Part shown: piece after piece, positions 6,561-10,843 of the stretch
How positions within the stretch are numbered: the stretch's first letter is position 1
How the letters are laid out: every line of letters begins with the position of its first letter
Assembly: GCA_046726415.1 (NCBI GenBank)
Contig: JBKPAK010000049.1
Coordinates: forward strand, 1-10,843
Reading direction: 5' to 3'
DNA: 10,843 nt
DNA from: Candidatus Methylomirabilota bacterium
Lineage (GTDB): Bacteria; Methylomirabilota; Methylomirabilia; Rokubacteriales; CSP1-6
The notes under the pieces: generated by a model
The model's database searches: none
The model's input: only the letters and a program-made list of their open reading frames with translations
Told to the model about the DNA's origin: nothing
Translations under genes and position numbers: made by a program

Positions 6561-6959
6561 TCACTCCCAGAACGAAGGTCCCCAGACCCCCCAGTTCAGC
6601 ATGGAATCTTCGTCGACGCGGGTCGCCGAAACTTTGTCCTGGGCGATGGTCTGTTTCAGGACCAGCCCCTGATACTGCTCGAAGGCCATCTCGTTTCCCA
6701 CGTAGGCGCACTGGCAACCGTTGGGATCGGCGAGGACGTAGTACACCGAACCCTTCCGCGCGTGGGGCACCATCTTCAGGGGCTCGAGCTGCCGTAGATG
6801 CGCCAGCTTCTGTGGCGTGTCGGCCACGCGCTTCTGGAACCCGGCGGCCAGCAGCAGCGGTTCGATCTGCTCCACGCGGCCGCGCTCGGCCGTTGGCGTT
6901 GTGCACGCCCCCAGCACGAAGGCGCTCGCCACGACGAGGGCGATCGGTTGGGCTACCAC
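6561..6959 (-). CDS. Putative lipoprotein of unknown function (paralog 2), ~132 aa, CxC motif
   Basis: Probable GTG start at 6959 overlapping the upstream stop (GTGGTAG). Hydrophobic segment plus lipobox LGA-C (MVAQPIALVVASAFVLGAC). It aligns end to end by eye with the upstream ORF (AAGFQ..ADTPQKLAHL, VPH...G..YY..ADP..CxC..VG.E.A...YQ.L, NWG.WGP). Confidence 0.8.
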   Translation of the reverse strand: MVAQPIALVVASAFVLGACTTPTAERGRVEQIEPLLLAAGFQKRVADTPQKLAHLRQLEPLKMVPHARKGSVYYVLADPNGCQCAYVGNEMAFEQYQGLVLKQTIAQDKVSATRVDEDSMLNWGVWGPSFWE

Positions 6960-7357
6960 CAGAATGGCCCCCACAGCCCCCAGTTCATTGCCGCGTTCTC
7001 GTTCATGGCCGCCGCGTTCACACGCTCCTGGGCGACCTTCTGCTGGATCGCGAGTTGCTGGTATTTCTGATACGCCGGCTCGTCGCCCACGAAGAGGCAC
7101 TTGCAGACCTCGGGGTCGGCGTAGGCATAGTAGAGCTTGCCGTCCTTGGTATGGGGCACGAGCTTCTGCCGGGTCATTTCTTGGAGATGGGCCAGCTTCT
7201 GCGGCGTGTCGGCCAGCTTCATCTGGAAGCCGGCCGCCGACAGGAGTTGCTCCTGTGTCTCGACCTCCGACTTTCGTATGGCGGCGCAGCCGCTTCCCAA
7301 TATTACCACGGCCGCCAGAGTTGCGGCGATCGGCCACCACCATGTGCGTCTTCGCAT
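6953..7357 (-). CDS. Putative lipoprotein of unknown function (paralog 1), 134 aa, CxC motif
   Basis: SD AGGAGG. Basic n-region MRRR, hydrophobic h-region, lipobox-like GSG-C. Contains ADPEVCKCLFVG and a C-terminal MNWGLWGPFWW. Confidence 0.87.
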   Translation of the reverse strand: MRRRTWWWPIAATLAAVVILGSGCAAIRKSEVETQEQLLSAAGFQMKLADTPQKLAHLQEMTRQKLVPHTKDGKLYYAYADPEVCKCLFVGDEPAYQKYQQLAIQQKVAQERVNAAAMNENAAMNWGLWGPFWW

Positions 7358-7369
7358 CCTCGCTCCTCC

Positions 7370-8428
7370 TTACGCGCGCGGGGAGATGACGTTGGGCGAC
7401 GGTGACACAGCAGCCCCGGCGACGGCGTCCAGCTCGTCGATGAAGCGCCGCCGCTCGCCATCGCTCAGGAAGCTTGCCTCGAAGGAGTTCCGGGCCACCC
7501 GGTGGATCTCCTCCTGGGTGAGGCCGAGGGCGCGCTGCGCGGCGAGGAAATTCTCGTTCACGTAGCCGCCGAAATAGGCGGGATCGTCCGAGTTGATGGT
7601 CACGCACAGACCGCGCGCGAGCAACCGCTGCAGATTGTGTCGCTCGAGGGAGGGGAAGACGCGAGTCTTCACATTGGAGAGCGGGCATACGGTCAGGGGA
7701 ATGCGGCGCGCGGCCAGCTCTGCCATCAGCGCCGGGTCTTCCTCACACCGGACCCCGTGCTCGATGCGAGACACCTTGAGCAGATCGAGGGCCTGCCGGA
7801 TGTATTCGGGCGGCCCCTCCTCGCCGGCATGCGCGACGGTCTGAAATCCTTCCGCCCGCGCCCTGGTGAATACGTCGGCGAACTTCGCGGGCGGATGACC
7901 GCGCTCGGCCGAATCGAGCCCCACCGCCACGATGTGGTCCCGAAAGGCCAGGGCCTGCTCGAGGGTGGCCATGGCTGACGCCGCCGGCTGATCGCGCAGA
8001 AAGCAGAGGATCAGGAGGGCCGACAGGCCGTGGTCCGATCGCGCATCGCGCATGCCCGATGTGATGCCCTCGACCACGGCCCCGAAGGGAATACCCCGTT
8101 GCGTGTGGGTCTGGGGGTCAAAAAAGATCTCGGCGTGACGGACATTGGCCGCGGCCGCCCGCCGGAAGTATGCCGTGGTCAAGTCGTGGAAATCCCGGGC
8201 CGTGCGCAAGACGCGAGCCCCCTCGTAGTAAAGCTCCAGGAACGCCTGGAGATCCTCGAACTCGTAGGCTCGGCGCAGCTCGGCCACCGAGGTGTGGCGG
8301 AGGTGGAGTCCGTTGCGCCTGGCCAGCTCGAACATGAGCTCTGGTTCCAGCGATCCCTCGATGTGCATGTGCAGCTCGGCCTTCGGGATCCGTCGAATGA
8401 AGTCGTCGAGGGGTACCGAGACTGGCAA
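7370..8428 (-). CDS. Adenosine/adenine deaminase family protein (probably PA0148-type adenine deaminase), ~352 aa
   Basis: [16 protein letters not shown] (HxH), [61 protein letters not shown]. The FFDPQ.H and DDPAYF signatures are characteristic of the adenine-specific subgroup. The TTG start at 8428 is uncertain. Confidence 0.93.
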   Translation of the reverse strand: MPVSVPLDDFIRRIPKAELHMHIEGSLEPELMFELARRNGLHLRHTSVAELRRAYEFEDLQAFLELYYEGARVLRTARDFHDLTTAYFRRAAAANVRHAEIFFDPQTHTQRGIPFGAVVEGITSGMRDARSDHGLSALLILCFLRDQPAASAMATLEQALAFRDHIVAVGLDSAERGHPPAKFADVFTRARAEGFQTVAHAGEEGPPEYIRQALDLLKVSRIEHGVRCEEDPALMAELAARRIPLTVCPLSNVKTRVFPSLERHNLQRLLARGLCVTINSDDPAYFGGYVNENFLAAQRALGLTQEEIHRVARNSFEASFLSDGERRRFIDELDAVAGAAVSPSPNVISPRA

Positions 8429-8520
8429 GGTTGCCCTAGCTTACCGCAGCCCGCGGTGGCGAGCATCCGGGCTTTGGGTGGGACCCTGATGATCATGCGA
8501 TACTCGCGCGGGAGGTTCGC

Positions 8521-9018
8521 ATGTCGCGATCGTCAACGTGGGTGCTGAGGACCCTGGTCTTGGCCACGCTCGCGGCGGGACGGAGCGCGGAGGCCCAGCC
8601 CTCGGGACCGTTCGACATGCCGGAGCGCTCGGACCCCGGCCGACTGTCGGTCACGGCCGACAACGGCAAGGTGCTCCCCCTCGAGGCTCGCTTCGTGCCG
8701 AGCGGGATGCAATACGCGGCCGTCCGGGTCACCATTGTGAATCCGGGGGGGACGGTCGCGGACCGCGTCTTCCTGCGCGCCTCGACGTTTCGCCTGATCA
8801 CCGCCCAGGGTCACAGCTACAATCCGGCCGACGACGTGGTCCCCTTACGCGGCGGGGCCGCCGTGGCCAATCGGTGCGGACTCATCTATCTCGTCGGCAA
8901 CCGGGCCACCAGCTGTGATCTCATTTTCCTGGTTCCCAGCGGCGTGAACAGTGGCACGTTGGAGTTTGCTCCATCGCACATCGACGCCGTGACCCTCCCC
9001 GTCGCCTTCCGCGAGTGA
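8521..9018 (+). CDS. Secreted protein with a DUF4352-like immunoglobulin-fold domain, 165 aa
   Basis: SD GGGAGG. Signal peptide ending AEA-Q. The beta-strand pattern YAAVRVTIVN.G, FRLITAQGHSY and LIFLVP...LEF is typical of DUF4352-like domains. Two Cys are present. Confidence 0.68.
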   Translation: MSRSSTWVLRTLVLATLAAGRSAEAQPSGPFDMPERSDPGRLSVTADNGKVLPLEARFVPSGMQYAAVRVTIVNPGGTVADRVFLRASTFRLITAQGHSYNPADDVVPLRGGAAVANRCGLIYLVGNRATSCDLIFLVPSGVNSGTLEFAPSHIDAVTLPVAFRE

Positions 9019-10607
9019 CCTCGACGCGCCTGGTCCATCCGTCCGCCCGCGTGGCGGGCGTGACCTTGCCCCTCTTCGCCATCCGCACGCGCCGCGACTG
9101 GGGCATCGGCGAGATCGCCGGGTTGCCCGCCTGCGCGGCGTGGATTCGCACGGCCGGCCACCGTCTGCTCCAGATCCTGCCTCCCTACGAGCTGGCGGAG
9201 GGGGAAACGAGTCCCTACGGGGCGCGGACCGCTTTCGGTCTCGATCCGATCTACATCTCCGTCGAGGACGTGTCTGACTTCCAGGCGGCCGATGTCGCCG
9301 AGACGCTGGGACCGGAGGGGCCAGCGCTGCTGGCCCGGCTGCGGCAAGCGCGGGGGGTGGACTATCACGCGGTGCGCACCCTCAAGCGGCGGGTGCTCAA
9401 CCGAGCGTTTCAGAGGTTCATGGACCGAGAGTGGATGCCCGGCACCTCACGCGCCCACTCGCTGCGGCAGTTCGTGCAGCGCGAGGAGTACTGGGCGCCC
9501 GACCTGGCGCTCTATGTCGCTCTTCGCGAGCGCCATGGCACCTACGGTTGGACGACGTGGCCGGCCGCCGAGCGCGACAGAGCCCCGGACGTAGTTGCGC
9601 GCGCCCGGGTCTCGGAAGCGGCCGGGCCACTCGATGAACTCGGGCTGGCGGTCCTCCGACACCATTACCTCCAATGGATAGCCCACGAGCAGTGGGATCG
9701 AGCCAGGGCGCGGACGCGGGAATTGGGGGTCGAGCTGATGGGTGACCTGCCCTTCGTGGTGGGCGAGGAGAGCGCTGACGTCTGGGCTCGCCCCGGGCTC
9801 TTCCTGCGAGACGTCTCCCTCGGAGCGCCGCCCGACGAGTTTTCGAGAGAGGGGCAAGACTGGCAACTTCCCGCCTACAACTGGGTCGCCATGGATGCCG
9901 ATGACCTTGGCTGGATCCGCGCCCGCACCCGGCACGCGGCCCGCCTCTACGACCGCTTCCGACTCGATCACGTCGTGGGGTACTTCCGGATGTGGGTGAA
10001 GCCCCCAGGGGGTCCCGGCCGGTTCGAGCCGTCGGTGGAAGGCGCCCAGCGCGATCGGGGAACTCGAGTCCTTCGCGCCATGCTGGCCGAGGCGGCCGGC
10101 GGTGCGCATGTCGTCGCCGAGGACCTCGGGCTCATCCCGCCGTTTGTGCGCGGCGCCCTCTCGGAGCTGGGGATTTCCGGGTATCGGGTCATCCCCTGGG
10201 AGCGCGATTCAGCGCTGCACTTCCGCGACCCGCGTTCCTTTCCGGCCCTGAGCGTTGCCTCCCTCAGCACGCACGACACGAAGCCAATCACGACGTGGTG
10301 GGAGGACTTCTCGCCGCCAGAACAGGCCGAGATGGCAGCCCTCGGCGCTTTCGACGCCCACGCTTCCCCTGCGGATCGCAGCTTGGGCCTCTTCGCTCTC
10401 CTGCTTGGCTCGAGCTCGGCGTTGACCCTGGCGCTCGGCCAGGAGGTATTGGGAACGGACGAGCGCATCAACACGCCAGGGACGGTGACCGACGTGAACT
10501 GGACGTATCGCTTGCCGAAGCCGCTGGAAGACCTCGAGGCCGACCCCGGAGTGCGAGCCCGACTCGAAGCCATCCGGGCGCGGGCCGAGACAGCCGGACG
10601 CGGCTGA
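9015..10607 (+). CDS. malQ: 4-alpha-glucanotransferase (amylomaltase, GH77), 530 aa
   Basis: GTGA overlap with the upstream gene. Motifs WGIGE, LQILP, SPY, LMGDLPF.V...SADVW, GAPPD.FS..GQDW..P.YNW, RLDH (nucleophile Asp), AEDLG (acid/base Glu), STHDT, RINTPGT...NW.YRL. Confidence 0.96.
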   Translation: MTSTRLVHPSARVAGVTLPLFAIRTRRDWGIGEIAGLPACAAWIRTAGHRLLQILPPYELAEGETSPYGARTAFGLDPIYISVEDVSDFQAADVAETLGPEGPALLARLRQARGVDYHAVRTLKRRVLNRAFQRFMDREWMPGTSRAHSLRQFVQREEYWAPDLALYVALRERHGTYGWTTWPAAERDRAPDVVARARVSEAAGPLDELGLAVLRHHYLQWIAHEQWDRARARTRELGVELMGDLPFVVGEESADVWARPGLFLRDVSLGAPPDEFSREGQDWQLPAYNWVAMDADDLGWIRARTRHAARLYDRFRLDHVVGYFRMWVKPPGGPGRFEPSVEGAQRDRGTRVLRAMLAEAAGGAHVVAEDLGLIPPFVRGALSELGISGYRVIPWERDSALHFRDPRSFPALSVASLSTHDTKPITTWWEDFSPPEQAEMAALGAFDAHASPADRSLGLFALLLGSSSALTLALGQEVLGTDERINTPGTVTDVNWTYRLPKPLEDLEADPGVRARLEAIRARAETAGRG

Positions 10608-10707
10608 AAACTTGGCGGTCGCTCCGGTCTTCCGGACGGCGACCTCGTCGAGATCGACGCCGACCTGGTGGCTGCCACGGCCAGAGGGGAACGCGCGAGC
10701 GCCCTAG

Positions 10708-10843
10708 CCCAACTTCCACGGTCGGCGGATTAGAATGCTGCGATTCCGGGGAGTTGCGAGCTCGTTGCGTCACTATCGGCTGGTCGTCCAGGTCTTGACC
10801 GGCTTCATGACCTCGTCCGGGATCTGCAGCACGCGATAGATCT
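10708..10843 (-). mobile_element. Probable right end of an IS1634-like insertion sequence
   Basis: Minus strand: a coding-like tail ending in TAGTGAC, then ~55 nt, then GTGGAAGTTGGG abutting CTAG (10704-10707). This layout resembles IS1634-family right ends as I recall them. The left end is outside the window, so no TIR pair or target duplication can be confirmed. Confidence 0.55.
10773..10843 (-). CDS. C-terminal end of a CDS entering from the right edge, probably an IS1634-like transposase
   Basis: Manual translation: ...IYRVLQIPDEVMKPVKTWTTSR-TAG (stop 10773-10775), with GC3-rich codons. It resembles the 'EIY..L.IP..VMKP.KTW' tails recalled for IS1634 transposases. Only 22 residues are visible. 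Confidence 0.55.
   Translation of the reverse strand, partial: IYRVLQIPDEVMKPVKTWTTSR

Noticed and set aside
6796..7215. 31-nt near-identical direct repeat as a CRISPR repeat or att site
   Set aside because: There are only two copies, 389 nt apart, at equivalent coding positions of paralogous genes (ADTPQKLAHL).
6960..7688. N-terminal 243 aa of the 375-aa ORF 6561..7688
   Set aside because: This is an off-frame reading of the deaminase and lipoprotein 1. Only the last ~132 codons behave as a real gene.
9447..10798. ORFs 9447..10109 (-), 9968..10678 (-) and 9992..10798 (+)
   Set aside because: They overlap malQ in other frames or on the other strand, and show no recognisable motifs.

Overview
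GC-rich bacterial accessory/metabolic region. Its gene content and short palindromic elements are reminiscent of Rokubacteria/Methylomirabilota, but that assignment is inference only. Left to right: (1) a minus-strand operon of two amidohydrolase_2-family genes followed by a TPR (TTC38-like) gene cut by the window edge; (2) a divergent chimeric pseudogene in which the 5' part of a PrdB/GrdB-like (selenoprotein B family) gene is joined, at a candidate 9-nt microhomology, to the 3' part of a frameshifted DDN/nitroreductase-like gene; (3) a PNPOx-like gene and an intact copper/TPQ primary-amine oxidase; (4) a structured intergenic region with hairpins and a decayed gene tail resembling a solute-binding protein C-terminus; (5) a minus-strand operon of an ADA-family (probable adenine) deaminase and two tandem paralogous CxC-containing lipoproteins of unknown function; (6) a secreted DUF4352-like protein coupled to malQ; (7) the probable right end of an IS1634-like element. 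There is no rRNA, tRNA or CRISPR array. I cannot demonstrate a new system from sequence alone. The best leads are the tandem CxC lipoproteins, the PrdB/DDN chimera, the amidohydrolase pair plus TPR operon with its doubly coupled mini-ORF, and the structured 6.2-6.55 kb region.
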